The notes beneath the pieces are model-generated. The model worked only from the letters and a program-made list of their open reading frames with translations. It did no database searches and had not been told where the DNA came from. A stretch of DNA of 63,365 nucleotides, counting the filler, from Conidiobolus incongruus B7586 (lineage: Eukaryota): assembly GCA_000697335.1 (NCBI GenBank). It is 7 parts of 7 records of this genome, joined end to end, with 100 filler letters (N's around TTAATTAATTAA, not from the genome) between each part and the next. Parts side by side here need not be neighbours in the genome. Positions count along the whole stretch, not along the records: positions 20,922 to 32,022 come from JNEM01006325.1; positions 32,123 to 49,475 come from JNEM01006326.1; 5 more parts are not named here. One strand, 5' to 3'. Both the position numbers and the translations under genes were made by a program. Within the stretch, counting starts at the first letter, position 1. Every line of letters starts with the position of its first letter. This document shows, piece by piece, positions 23,296-35,693 of the stretch.

Positions 23296-24651
23296 ATGGG
23301 AGGGCATGGTGAAATTCCATTAGACCAAATCCCTATGGAAGTAATTCAAGTAGATCCTAATGATTTAAAAACCAACATCAGTCTCATTAAACCAGGTTGT
23401 ACTTTATATGTTGAAAAGGAAGACGGTGGCGAGACTTTACATAGACCAGCTCAAGTTTTATATGTTCAAAATCCTACAGATCCTGTTAACATCCGACTTT
23501 ATGTTCACTATCATCGCTTCAATAAACGTCTTGATGAATGGGTCCAAATTGATAGAGTTGACTTTAGTAGAGGTATTGAATTTCCAAAGCCAGAAGCTGA
23601 AGGAACACCAAATAAAAGCAGAAGTAATAAAAAGAAAGCTAAATCTAACCAGAAAAAGGGAAGAAGTCAAGAGCTAATTCAACAAAGTTTGGAGGATGAA
23701 ACTGATAGTGAAGCTGTATCCGAAGTGACTAATGATGATGACGAAAACACAAAGAAGCGCAAGACTCCAGTTCGCTCTGGATCGATGAGAGCTCATACAG
23801 ATAATCTGGCCAAGGTGAAAAATTTAAATAAGATTCAAATAGGAGGATACGAAGTAGAAACTTGGTACTTTAGCCCATATCCTGAGGATTTTGCATTTTC
23901 TCCTCTGGTTTATATTTGTGAATTTTGTCTGTCTTATTATAACGATACGGTTGCTTATCAAAGACATCGCACCAAATGTACCCTCCTACATCCTCCAGGT
24001 AATGAAATCTATCGTCATGAAGGCCATTCATTCTTTGAGATTGATGGTAAAAAACAAAGAACTTATTGCGAAAATCTCTGTCTACTTTCCAAACTCTTTT
24101 TGGATCACAAAACCCTCTACTATGCTATCGACCCTTTTTTATTCTACATCCTCACTAAGCAGGATGAAAAAGGTCATCACCTCGTTGGATACTTCTCCAA
24201 AGAGAAAAACAGCCCCCAAAACTATAATGTTGCATGTATTTTAACTTTGCCTCAATACCAACGTATGGGTTATGGTAGATACTTGATCCAATTTTCTTAT
24301 GAGCTTAGTAAAATAGAAAAGAAAACAGGTAGTCCTGAAAAGCCTCTCTCTGATCTTGGTCTTATGGGATATCGTGCATATTGGTACGAAGTATTAATCA
24401 ATCTCTTGAGAAATATGCAAACCACCACTATTGATGCCCTTAGTAAAGAAACTAGTATTACGCCAGAAGACATTCGAACCACACTCCTTGAGAAGGAGGC
24501 ACTTAAAACCTTCAAGGGAAATTATGTCATCTATCTCAAAAAAGATGACTTGGACAAGTATGCCAAATTGAGTAAGAAAAAGCGTCTCAACGTTGATCCT
24601 TCTAAAATTATATGGACTCCTCCTTTGTTGTTAGATTACTTAAAGCATTAA
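23296..24651 (+). CDS. ESA1: MYST-family histone acetyltransferase (Esa1/Tip60/KAT5-like), intronless
   Basis: Tudor-knot chromodomain (YVHYHRFNKRLDEWV), WYFSPYP, C2HC finger (CEFC..H..C), LFLDHKTLYY, acetyl-CoA motif QRMGYG, and GSPEKPLSDLG. Confidence 0.93.
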   Translation: MGGHGEIPLDQIPMEVIQVDPNDLKTNISLIKPGCTLYVEKEDGGETLHRPAQVLYVQNPTDPVNIRLYVHYHRFNKRLDEWVQIDRVDFSRGIEFPKPEAEGTPNKSRSNKKKAKSNQKKGRSQELIQQSLEDETDSEAVSEVTNDDDENTKKRKTPVRSGSMRAHTDNLAKVKNLNKIQIGGYEVETWYFSPYPEDFAFSPLVYICEFCLSYYNDTVAYQRHRTKCTLLHPPGNEIYRHEGHSFFEIDGKKQRTYCENLCLLSKLFLDHKTLYYAIDPFLFYILTKQDEKGHHLVGYFSKEKNSPQNYNVACILTLPQYQRMGYGRYLIQFSYELSKIEKKTGSPEKPLSDLGLMGYRAYWYEVLINLLRNMQTTTIDALSKETSITPEDIRTTLLEKEALKTFKGNYVIYLKKDDLDKYAKLSKKKRLNVDPSKIIWTPPLLLDYLKH

Positions 24652-25098
24652 CACTTGTATTATATTTTACAACTCTATTCATTAAAGAATTATGTCTTTT
24701 AATTCTTTGTTCTCTCCATTCAATATTTTATCTAATAAAGCTTGTTAAATATCTCTGATTATATATAATTTACACTATGTAAATTTTATATAGATTTTAA
24801 TAGTTTTTAAATTTTAACCAACTGTAATAATAATTTATTCCAAGGATGATTTAATTGATTACGATACAGTCGCAATTTTAGCTGTTCTAACTATTTGTAT
24901 GACCAATTAATAAAATAAAATTAAATTTGTTAAATATATTCATCCATTAATTGAGTCTAGAATCTTAGAATTAGAATTGATTTGCACGACATGATGGAAG
25001 ATTTGAGTTCTGTTTCTTTGTGACTGCTATAGAATTACCATTCATCTCAAGAAAGACTCTAGGCGCTCGAAGAGAACTCGTATTTTATGAGTTTTAGT

Positions 25099-25930
25099 TT
25101 AATCGAAAGGATTAGGATATGCAGACCAATTGACTAAGTCTGATATCAATTTATATAAATTAATAGATTCCAGGAGATCACCTAGTTGTTTTCGATGTTT
25201 ACATCCTGTTCCAACCTTTAGTAGTCCATTACACGGTTCAGCAGTAATTGTGGGAACAGAAACTACAGCTGAGGTAGAATCTGGAATAAGAATTGTGCTT
25301 GGGATTTCAGTAGGTAAAGGAGGAGTGTTGGAATCGAATAGAGGCATATTCATAGATCATCGTGGATAATCATAGTAATATCTCACCACAATGGGATCAA
25401 AAACTGTGTTTGAAGGCATTTTGTAAACAGTCACGATAATATCTGTGTTAGGGAAATTTGCAGGACCGCCTGAATTGCAACTCTGCCGTTCTCTTCAAAT
25501 TAAATCAACAAACCCATGTTGTAGTCAAAAGATTGGGTCTATCGGTGTGTTCATGTAACACATTTCTCCACTGTTTCCCTCTATTCTAATATGAACTCGG
25601 CCATGAGATACAGATTTTATATCCTGTCTGAGGTTTTTATCAGTAAGATTACTGCCAATGAAATTGTTGTTTGACTGAGCAATGTGCCACGGAAAAAATT
25701 AGGTGAACTATGAGCACCACTCTCAACAATATAGTGAATCAAGATAAAATTACTGTAAATTCTGTGAACAGCATTATCATTATTATATAACTGATTCACA
25801 AATGCATGAAAAGCAGCTTGATCTGGACCAGACATAGTAAGATAGTTTGAAAAATGAGGATTCCATTAGGATATCCTTGATTTGTATCAGCTAGAATTGA
25901 TATAGCAACGAAAATCAAATGAGCGACCTA
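25099..25930 (-). pseudogene. Tyrosinase-like pseudogene (frameshifted, internally degraded; 5' limit approximate)
   Basis: CuA-type ..IH..GAHSSPNF[frameshift]PWH. YYDYPR motif and a P/T-rich linker plus Cys-containing tail paralogous to the locus at 45150-46200. Confidence 0.6.
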
Positions 25931-26176
25931 CATAACAATGTTGGATTAAATTTGAAATATACAATTGACTCTTGATAATAAAGAATTTTAAGCTTAATAT
26001 AAGAGATGGATAGGTTTACAATAACCTTTTGACCCATTAGGAGAACAAATATGATAAATCAAGGCCCAATTGATACATAATTGTGTATATTTTCTAAATA
26101 CCCAAAACGGATTAAAAGGAACCTGTATGGTAATATTAATAATTTTTGCATATTAGTATTTAGAAATTAATATTGG

Positions 26177-26474
26177 TGTCACGGATCGGCAGGTCCGCTC
26201 CCCTTTCAACTTTAATTGTCCGTCATGATTCCGGATGTAGACTACTTACAAATATCAAGAACAATCCTTGCATAATGGAAAATTCTAGACTAGAACAGAA
26301 ATTGGAGTTTTAACACATTGACAAAGGATTAATTACACTATAAAATAGTCCCTGGGCACATATCTGCCGAGCGATCACCTCAATCAGGGCCAGATCTTAC
26401 ATCTTGATATTTTAATAAAATCCTTCAAAGTATCTTGTTAGTTGTCTTTGACCCGTTTTATTGAATATACGTGA
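26177..26474. mobile_element. Possible solo-LTR remnant
   Basis: Starts TGTCACGG like the LTRs at 59390 and 59261 (minus strand), ends near CGTGA, and is GC-richer than flanks. No clean target duplication found. Confidence 0.3.
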
Positions 26475-28773
26475 TCTTTATTGCATTTCTACTTTCCAGA
26501 AGACCTGTATTAGTTAACTCAATGAAACTAGATTTAACCAGTCAAATTTGTCTTTTTTAAGTTCACATCATCATAATTTTCAAAAATATCTCATAAATGA
26601 ATAAATTTTCTGCCTTATTATACCAGGAGACTAAATATCATGGGAAAAAGCGGTAAAAATGCACTTTTAAATTGCACATGCAACTAATTAAACTCTTAAA
26701 ATATTATGGAAAAATATTATTTGTAAAAAGTTAGATTGATCATAATATATGCATCAAAGAAAATTGATTTCATATACATTATACACTAATTTTTTTTTCC
26801 AATGTAACTTTAAAAAATCACACTTAAATCTTCTAAACAAAATTTTCATAGAAATCATTAATATTTTTTTAATTATATAATTTTAAAATTATATAATTTT
26901 TCAACTAAAATATAATATGATAGCATTATGTTATTATTAATTAAAGTTCTCTCATGTAAATTTCAATTCAATTTTATCTGTCATAATTATTATATACATT
27001 TTGTTCAAAAATTTTTATAATTGGAATTAACAGACAATTTTGAATTTTCACATTGATCTTCTCACTAATTATATCTAAATGAATTTAAGCGAAATTTGAA
27101 AAAATCTTAAATTTCTTATTTTATCAGAATCAATAGCTGATATAATTAAGTAATAAAAATTTTAACAAACTTGACGAGGTTGGATAATATTCAACATATT
27201 GAGGTATTTTTAATCACATAATCTCAATTCCCTGTATGTTTTCATTTGATTTTAGTCTCAATTTAAATACAAATTCAAGCTCAATTTTGACCATGATGAT
27301 CAAAGATTGAACTAATGATGAATAAAAAATTAAGCTGAAATTTAAAACATGTCTGTCATATCAATCAGTTTAATATAAAATAGGCTAGTTGATAGATGAT
27401 ACTATGACTTATATCATAAAAAATTATTGTCACATTTATTAGATGTTATAGTTAGATGAATTTTTCAAGAATATGATTAGACATTCATTAAAATATTATT
27501 AAAATCTGTTCGGTCCTTTATATTGTGATATAGTTATTATCATTAGACACCTCTTCCAAAATAATAGTATATTTTAAAAAACCAAAGATTTTTATAGATT
27601 GTTGATATAATAAAGATAAGGTGGATTTGATTTAGATATAAGTCACGATCCATTCTGAGTGATGCAATTTGTGGATGATGGAATTTCAAGGTTGAGAGTT
27701 TAACCCGATGATGTTATCATTAATTATTTTTAAAATATAAAAATAATATTGAAACACTATATATCTATTAACTTTTTCATATTCAGAGGACGATATTTTA
27801 CATTGGAATATTTATTATAATCATAAATTTATATTCCTAAACTACTTTTTGAGATTCATCACATTCAAAAGAAAAATGACGAAATTAACCTACGTATCAT
27901 ATTATCAATTCATTATAATTTTAATCAATTTAAATTTACAAAAGCTTTGATTATCTCGAAACCCATAATAATTTTGATATTAATGGTCTGATTTAAAAAT
28001 ACATAATGTGATAAAGCAATAAAGATATAACAGACATAGTGATTAATATGATTAAAATATTAAATTGTTAATTTTGATTTTCTAATAAATCTGATATAAT
28101 CTCATTGATATTTGATATTAAATTTAAACCAGTTTAAATCAATTTCTATTTTTTTAATCGAATTCATCTATTATTGTTGTAATTTTTGCTTAAAATTCAG
28201 TTTTAAAAAATTATCAACAATTAAAATCAATCAATAAAACAAAGGAAAAGAATACTGAAATGATTTCTCATTATTTTATAAAATATACAGTTGTTTCAAA
28301 ACTTTTTGAAAACTTCTTATTTGATAAAAATTCATTTTACAATTTTTTTTGGTTTGCATTGGTTTAATTTAAGCGAATGTAACGGCATGTTGAACCTTTC
28401 AATTTTGATATTTTATTTACATTCATTATATGCTATTGTATTTTTAGTTTAATATAATATTATATAATATAATTATGATAGATATTTAAAAAATAAAATA
28501 TTAATTTAATTAAAATTTGAAAAATAAATATTGAAATTTTACCCTAAATTTCTCGGATAATTTGATAAAAATTGGAGTTCAAACCACGTTGCGAATAAAC
28601 AGGTGAATTGAATGAGTAAATTGATATAATTTATGCTAACATTTAAAGATCCATTATAAATAAATTAATATTTAGATCACATCCCACAAAGCTATTAATA
28701 ATATTTAACTGATATTAAGATAGTAATTAGTGCAGTAGTGTTATCAGCATTGTTTATTATTTATTATTAAAAC

Positions 28774-30304
28774 ATGGCAATTATTCCTGACGATTTAAAG
28801 CCCAACCTCCTAAAGTACAAATATAACGGCGTGGATAAGTCACTCCTCTCCAGATACGTCTTAGGACCTTATTGGAACTGGCTTGTGTCTCTCTTCCCTA
28901 CTACTATGGCGTAAGTTGATCGCTTATTTACATCGATTATCAATCTCTGACCAATTTTATCAATTCTAGCCCTAACTTGATCACTCTTATGGGTTTAATC
29001 TGTATATTTGCTAATTTTGCTTTGCAACTTTATTATGATCCCGAATGGGAAAGTGTTGCTCCCAATTGGGTCTACATCTCGTAAGTATTTATATTATAGT
29101 TTATCAAGCATAGATATTGATTTTAAATTATTTAGATATGGTATCGGTTTATGGATTTACGCCTCCTTTGATGCTATTGACGGTAAACAGGCTAGAAGAA
29201 CTGGAACTTCAGGTCCTCTTGGAGAGTTATTCGATCACAGTAAGTCTTATTTTTGGCAAATCTATATTGATTGATATATTAAAATTGAATTTATAATTTC
29301 TTAGGTTGTGATGCAATTAATACTATTGTAAGTATTATTTCAAAAATTATGTGTTTTTTGATCTAACAAGGTTATATTAGTTTGTTTCCCTTTTGATGGC
29401 TTCCGCTGCTAATATGGGAATGTCTTGGTTAACTGCTTCTTCTATTTTAGTCGGTAAGTTATAATCAAAAATTGCATCTAACCAGTTTACCTATCATATT
29501 TATTCGGTTTTAGCACTTACCAATTTCTTCTTATCTACTTGGGAACAATATCACACTGGTACCTTATATTTGAGTCATTTCAGTGGTCCTGTTGAAGGCA
29601 TTTGTATGATGGTTATTTTCTTGATCACTACTGGATTTACTGGTCCTCACTTCTGGTCCCAAGGATTCAAATCAACTTTGGGTCTTGTTGATTTACCTAT
29701 CTTGGAAAACGTACCTGATTATCCTATCAATTTGGTTGTCAGCTATATGTCCTTCATTATTATGACTTACAACGTATTGACTAGTATGTACAATGTACTT
29801 TCATACTGCACCAAGAATGATAAATCTGTAGTCGAAGCTTTATCTGGTCTCGTCCCCTTCACAACAGCTGCCCTCGCTACATATTTCTGGTTGAAAGCTT
29901 CTCCCTTTTTGATCACCAAGCATTTTATCATTTTCATGTTATTCATTGGAGCTAGTTTTGCTTACACACTCTTGTTCTTGATTTTGAACCACGTTATCAA
30001 AGCTCCCTTCAAGTACTTTAACAGAATGTTCCTTCCCATCTTTTTCGGATGTCTTCAAGCCAATTCTGAAAACTGGTTCAAGATGTAATTAATTTTAACA
30101 CTAATTATTAATTGAATTTACTAACCAATTACCAATAGTTCTAGAATCTTCACCGAAGAACAAGAATGTTTCTTTGTCTTACTCTGCTTTGCCGGATCCA
30201 TTGCCCAATATTTAATGACTACTTTCCAAGTCATCGATGAAATTTGTAGATATTTAGATATTTGGTGTCTCACTATCAAGCCCAAACATAAGAAAGCTGA
30301 ATAG
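28774..30304 (+). CDS. EPT1: Choline/ethanolamine phosphotransferase (CDP-alcohol phosphatidyltransferase, EPT1/CPT1 family), 7 exons
   Basis: [30 protein letters not shown] and the signature [28 protein letters not shown] introns at about 28911-28969, 29081-29135, 29240-29304, 29328-29380, 29454-29513 and 30085-30138. EPT1 versus CPT1 cannot be resolved. Confidence 0.9.
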
Positions 30305-31374
30305 ACCATCTCACTTGTAATTATTAATATGAGTAAGTTAAAGCTTTTTCTTACTTAAAATTTTTAATAGTTTCGTTATTGTTAATAAATTTATTATAAA
30401 ACATTATTAGATTTGCTATTGAATTAATATTTAAATTATATTAAATATTATAAATATTATCCTAGAGTTATATGACCTAAAAATAAAATTATTAAATAAT
30501 AATTGATTAACTCAATCACTTAAAAATTGATATACTATATAAAATTTTTCAACTATATATTCTGAATTATAATTATGGTAGATTTATAGAAGAAAATAAG
30601 AATAAACATCACGTGGAATATTGAAAGCAATTATTATTTGTAGAAAACTATTAGTTAAGTGATTTGGTAATCTATTAAATAAAAACTGAATCGTTTCAAA
30701 TTTTTTAAAATAATTATAATAATCAAAATTTTGAAATAAATTTCTTTATATTCTAATAATTTTTTGTATTAATATTATATATTATTTTTGATTAAAGTAT
30801 GATTTATTTGAAAAAAAATACCAATAAATCATATTAAAATGATATAAGCTCTAATTTCCTTATGTGATTAATATCCAATTTGAATTATTTTGATATTTTT
30901 CCTCGTATTTATGTAATATATCTAAAGTCAGTTAAATGAATTCTACACTGTGATTATTAATTAAAAGGATTCGTCTAAATTTTATCCAAGCTTGAATTTC
31001 AGAGAATATTATAGTATATTTTGGTTAGTTATATTATCCTTTCCTTTTAATCATATTTATCTGAATTAAGATCTTTATTGAACGAATATTCAGTTAATCA
31101 TCTTTAGGATTGAATATTTTGAGATTTTATCCATTAAAAGTTTAATTATATTTTTGCCATATTCCTAATATTTAATGTTTTGTAATTGGTTATTTAAAAA
31201 TTATCTTGATTCTATACAAAGCATATCTGAATATAATATTTAATAGTTTGTATGTAATTAGCCCTATTAATACAAGTTGTTGAGAATAAGATGATGAAAA
31301 AATTACTGATTGTTAAATTAATTCTAAGCCAATATAAATTAATAAATATCAATTCAAATTATTTCACATTAATA

Positions 31375-32470
31375 TTACATTAGATTTTAAGTAATGGGAT
31401 ATTTTTTAATTTCTGATTTCTTAAATATATTATTAAATTCAAATTATAAAATATATAAGATATATAGGAAAATATATAGCTTTTTTTGATTAAAAAATTA
31501 AATTTTCAAAATTTATTATTTAATTTAATGATGTTGAAATTAAATAATAATTATCAAAAATTTTTTATTAATAATATTAATAAAATTTAACCATAAACCC
31601 ACAAAAATTATTTAAAATTGATAAGTAGCTTTTGGTAATAGAATATTATTTAAATCAACTAAATATTTCTAGATAAATTACTTTAAAGTTTAAAGAGAAA
31701 TTATTTAAAACTTGTTAAATTATAAAAAATTAATAATTATTATCATTATTTTAATTAATAATAAAATTATAAAATATATTAAAAAATATTTTTTTCAATT
31801 AGTTAAATATTTATTAAAATAATTTAATATTAGTTATACACTAACTTACAAAGATAAGTCATAAAATCAAAAATATATATTTTTTAATTAATAACTAAAT
31901 TATTATATATATTAAATTATTTAAAATTATAATATATAATTAAAATATATTATTTGATAATAGATAAATATATTTAGATATATTTAATAAATTATTAGCA
32001 AATTATTAATCTTTAATATTTANNNNNNNNNNNNNNNNNNNNNNNNNNNNNNNNNNNNNNNNNNNNTTAATTAATTAANNNNNNNNNNNNNNNNNNNNNN
32101 NNNNNNNNNNNNNNNNNNNNNNATAATTTAAGAAAACTTATTATTTTATATAATAATTATAAAATATATTAAGTTAAAGTTATAAAGAATTCTCTAATTA
32201 AAAATAATTAGAAAAAATTATTATATTTAATATATTCTTTAAATTATAACCAATTTAATTATAATTGTTTTAGTTAATAAAATATCAAATTTTTGTTATT
32301 AATAAAAAATTATTTTTTGTGTTAGAAGTTTGTTAAAAATATAACAAAAAATTATTATTAATAAAAGAAAATATTGATTTTAAATTATATATTTATTTTT
32401 CTATATTTTATATTAAAATGTTTATTTTTTTCAATTGAAAAAAATTCCCATTATTTATATTACAGAGTGA
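31375..32470 (+). mobile_element. Decayed mariner subfamily 2 element spanning a gap, with a Tc1 end inserted at 31839
   Basis: TIR ttacattagattttaagtaatggga.. and ..ttcccattatttatattacagagtga-TA. Tc1 TIR cactaacttacaaagataagtcataaaatcaaaa at 31839. Confidence 0.65.
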
Positions 32471-32609
32471 TATAATAGATAAGATTCTTATTAATATATT
32501 GGAATAATGATTATCTTTTGTAATGTTATTTTACCTTATATAATCTCAATATATAAGAAATTCATATTATTTGAATTTATATTAATCAATTATATATCTA
32601 ACTAAACAT

Positions 32610-32838
32610 TGTAGTTCCTCTATGGGTATTATGAATGGTGTAATATGAGGGGCAATGGCTATTGTTGTCTCCTAATAGTAGGTAAGTGTATTTGATGGTT
32701 TATTGGCTAAAGTGGTGTTTGGAGTAATACTTGGCTAAGCATTCAAAAGCATTGGATAGTCATTAAGACTAATCTTTAGATAGGGAAGTTGTTAGTGATT
32801 AGTTGTTTCAATGTGTAAAGGTTACTTGCAATACTACA
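32610..32838. mobile_element. Putative short solo LTR (229 bp)
   Basis: TGTAGT...ACTACA inverted termini with a 4-bp ACAT duplication on both sides. Confidence 0.5.
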
Positions 32839-32951
32839 ACATGTGTCGCAAGTAATGATCAATTAAGTTAAAGGTTCCTTATAGAATAGAAATCCAAGGT
32901 TAGAAATGGTGTAAAGGGTAGCACTTTGGAATCTCACAATATGCTAAAATT

Positions 32952-32953
<2 letters not shown>

Positions 32954-32988
<35 letters not shown>
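32954..32988. repeat. (AT)n microsatellite
   Basis: About 17 AT units. Confidence 0.9.
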
Positions 32989-32989
<1 letters not shown>

Positions 32990-33699
32990 TTTATATCAAT
33001 ATTATATTTAAAAATTTTAAAATGTATATTAATACTATTAAAATATTTAATTTAAATTCATGATATTATTGATAAAAAAATTTAAAGATGACTGGTGAAA
33101 TTTCAAGTAAACTTAATAAATTTAATAATAATTTTTAAAACACTATTAAAGCCTAAAAAATTGGCTAAAATCATGTGAAATTCAATAATTTAAAATTTCG
33201 TCCCCTAAGTTCACCAATATAACCATTAAGTTATTAATTATAACTATTAAATTAATTCGATATATTAAATAATATAATTTAATTTTAAAATTATCAGATG
33301 AATGAAAGTATAAAAAGGATTAAATTTAATATTCCGTGCAATGTTAATTGTAATCATTCTAGTTGTATACTTAATTCTGTTCATTCAATTCAGAAAAACG
33401 TATTATTCTTTTATGTTAAGCTTAAAAGTTTCAACTTACTAATAGTTTGATTTTTAGATAAATTCTTTTTCTAACATTATATTTAAAAATATTCAACTGG
33501 AATTTTGCGAAGTATATAATAATTCCAAACTATCTAGTCAAGAAAGAAATCCTTATTTTAATAACCATCAAATATTGGCTAACGGTTCAATAATAGGTAA
33601 TTATTCAGTATTCAGTATTAGAATTTATCCTAAAAATTATTTTATTGAATATTTAATAACCAATATAAAAAAACTATTTTAGATGTTTGTAATTTTAGC

Positions 33700-34625
33700 A
33701 GTCACTCGAATTTTAAAGAACATAAACATAATACTATTGATAGAGTGGGTGATAATTATGATGTAGCTCATAGCCTTAATAATAGTTATAGCCATCTACC
33801 AATTCAAGAGTTGGATACTGCTCCGCAAGGTGTTGAACTGAATAGAATATCGACAGGTAATTTGAATATACCCAAATTAGATTTGTGACTAATCGTTAGG
33901 TATTAGGTACTATTACTTCTGAGAGTGTCTATCAGCTCGACGAATCGAGTATAGGAAATTTATCTTTGGAGTCCGCTAGAGCATATTTGACAAAAGCGAT
34001 CCAACTGCTGAAAAAGTCATCAGCGCCGAGTTCTGCCGATCGATCTACTTTGATTGGTCGATCTAACGCTTCCCTCATTCCCTTGGATTATCGATCTCCG
34101 GTACCTCCAGCCCAAGATGTTTTGAACTGGCTGTCCAAGCAGGATTCTGGTAAACAAATCCGTCCAAATTTCCAGCGCAGTGATACTAATTCTTCGCTGT
34201 CTTCGTATCATCTTGTCAACCAATCCCCTATTTCGCCGCCGGGCAATCGTGACACATTTAAGCGATCTGCTGCTGAAATCACACCGATCATGATGACGAT
34301 GCCGATGAAGTACCCTCGACATTCATCTCGCGATGTAACGTCAGATTCGAGCCAGGACCATCATATGACAGCACCCCCTCCGCAGCGACCGCCCGTGTCC
34401 CCGTCGCTATTACGACGCCACGCAACCGCCACCCACGAGCCCAAGTACGCACTGACTGAGTGGGACCAACACCTCCAAATCATCAAAGACCAAGAGGAAG
34501 CGTATGAAACGGTGACAGAATCGCCTGCGAGTTCGCCCAAACCCACAGCCGAAATCACCCAGAAGGACTACGATTCCGCATCCACTACGAGTTTGGAGAA
34601 TCCATTAGCAGAATTTGGGAAATGA
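33700..34625 (+). CDS. Hypothetical S/P-rich disordered protein; last exon ~33900-34625, upstream exons uncertain
   Basis: 219-codon GC-rich ORF without an ATG start, extended 5' through a GTAATT..TTAG intron (~33857-33899) to an open exon at ~33700-33856. No recognisable domain. Confidence 0.6.
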
Positions 34626-35477
34626 TCAACCATTATTAGATTATTCATGCTCATTTTAAAATTGAATACTTTTATAGACCGTTAAAAATCATTATTATAT
34701 TCATTCATATTAAATATTGAATTAGCAATAATTTTACTATTTTTTTTATTTTATACAAATCTTTAGGTATTGTTTTTAATTGTTGTGTTATATAATAAGT
34801 TTTGCAAATATTGATCATTGTCAGAAAAGTACTCGTAATATGATATAGTAAATTATTTATTAATCCTGCTCTTTAACATATTGAGACTGTATGTCTTAAA
34901 GCTTATTTACTCTTGAGACGTTGTAGCAGAATATCCAGAAAGTTTAAATAGTTGACTTGGTGAATGAATAGGATTTGGTTAAAATTTAACAAAGAGAACA
35001 AAGAGTATTTTTTTAACTATGGACCAACAAAGCCAGCCTGAATCAGAAATAGTATTGACTTAACTATCGAATTGAGATGGAGGAGTAATTTTGAATTGCA
35101 ACACTAATGATTGAATAATTGTTATCCTTTATTAAAATTTAACTGAGGTTATTATATTAGGAGAATTAAAAATTGCGATTATTGTTTTTATAGGGTTTGG
35201 TGGATTGAAAAGTATATTTAACAAAGGATTTGAAGATAATAAGAATGAATAATAAGTAATAGAATATTTTATATTGGCAGTCAATATAAAATAGATTTTA
35301 ATATTGAAAAATACTAAAAATATTTATTTAATTTTTCAAGTTGGTGATAAGTTTAAAAATGCGTTGGATGATATGATCAACATAGCTCCAGCAATAATAA
35401 AATACACCATTATGTCCTAAGCGCGACTTTGACATTGAATTGATAAGTTAGAAAAACTACTAATACACTATTGAGAG

Positions 35478-35693
35478 TTATTGAATTGACATTTTACTCA
35501 AACTGAGATGAGGATAGGGAGTTCTTGGAGGGTTAGAATTACCAGCATTCAAGTGGTTGGGAGCCGAGGAAGGTTCGACGAAGGTGAGACCAGCGGGAGC
35601 GTTGCCACGAGCCTTACCCTCGCTGAAGGAGGGGCCTCTGGTGCGGAAGATAGGAGTGGTAGGAGTAGTGGGGGTATTGCAGCTGGAGTTCAT
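35478..35693 (-). CDS. Hypothetical 71-aa TP-rich microprotein
   Basis: Isolated GC-rich island matching the ORF limits, ATG start, TATAAATA (minus) at ~35742-35749. Confidence 0.6.
   Translation of the reverse strand: MNSSCNTPTTPTTPIFRTRGPSFSEGKARGNAPAGLTFVEPSSAPNHLNAGNSNPPRTPYPHLSLSKMSIQ

Noticed and set aside
23408..24515. Alternative-frame and antisense ORFs inside ESA1, and similar ones in the protease, tyrosinase, 34 kb, 35.5 kb and 49.6 kb loci
   Set aside because: Shadow ORFs of GC-richer coding DNA with no independent support.
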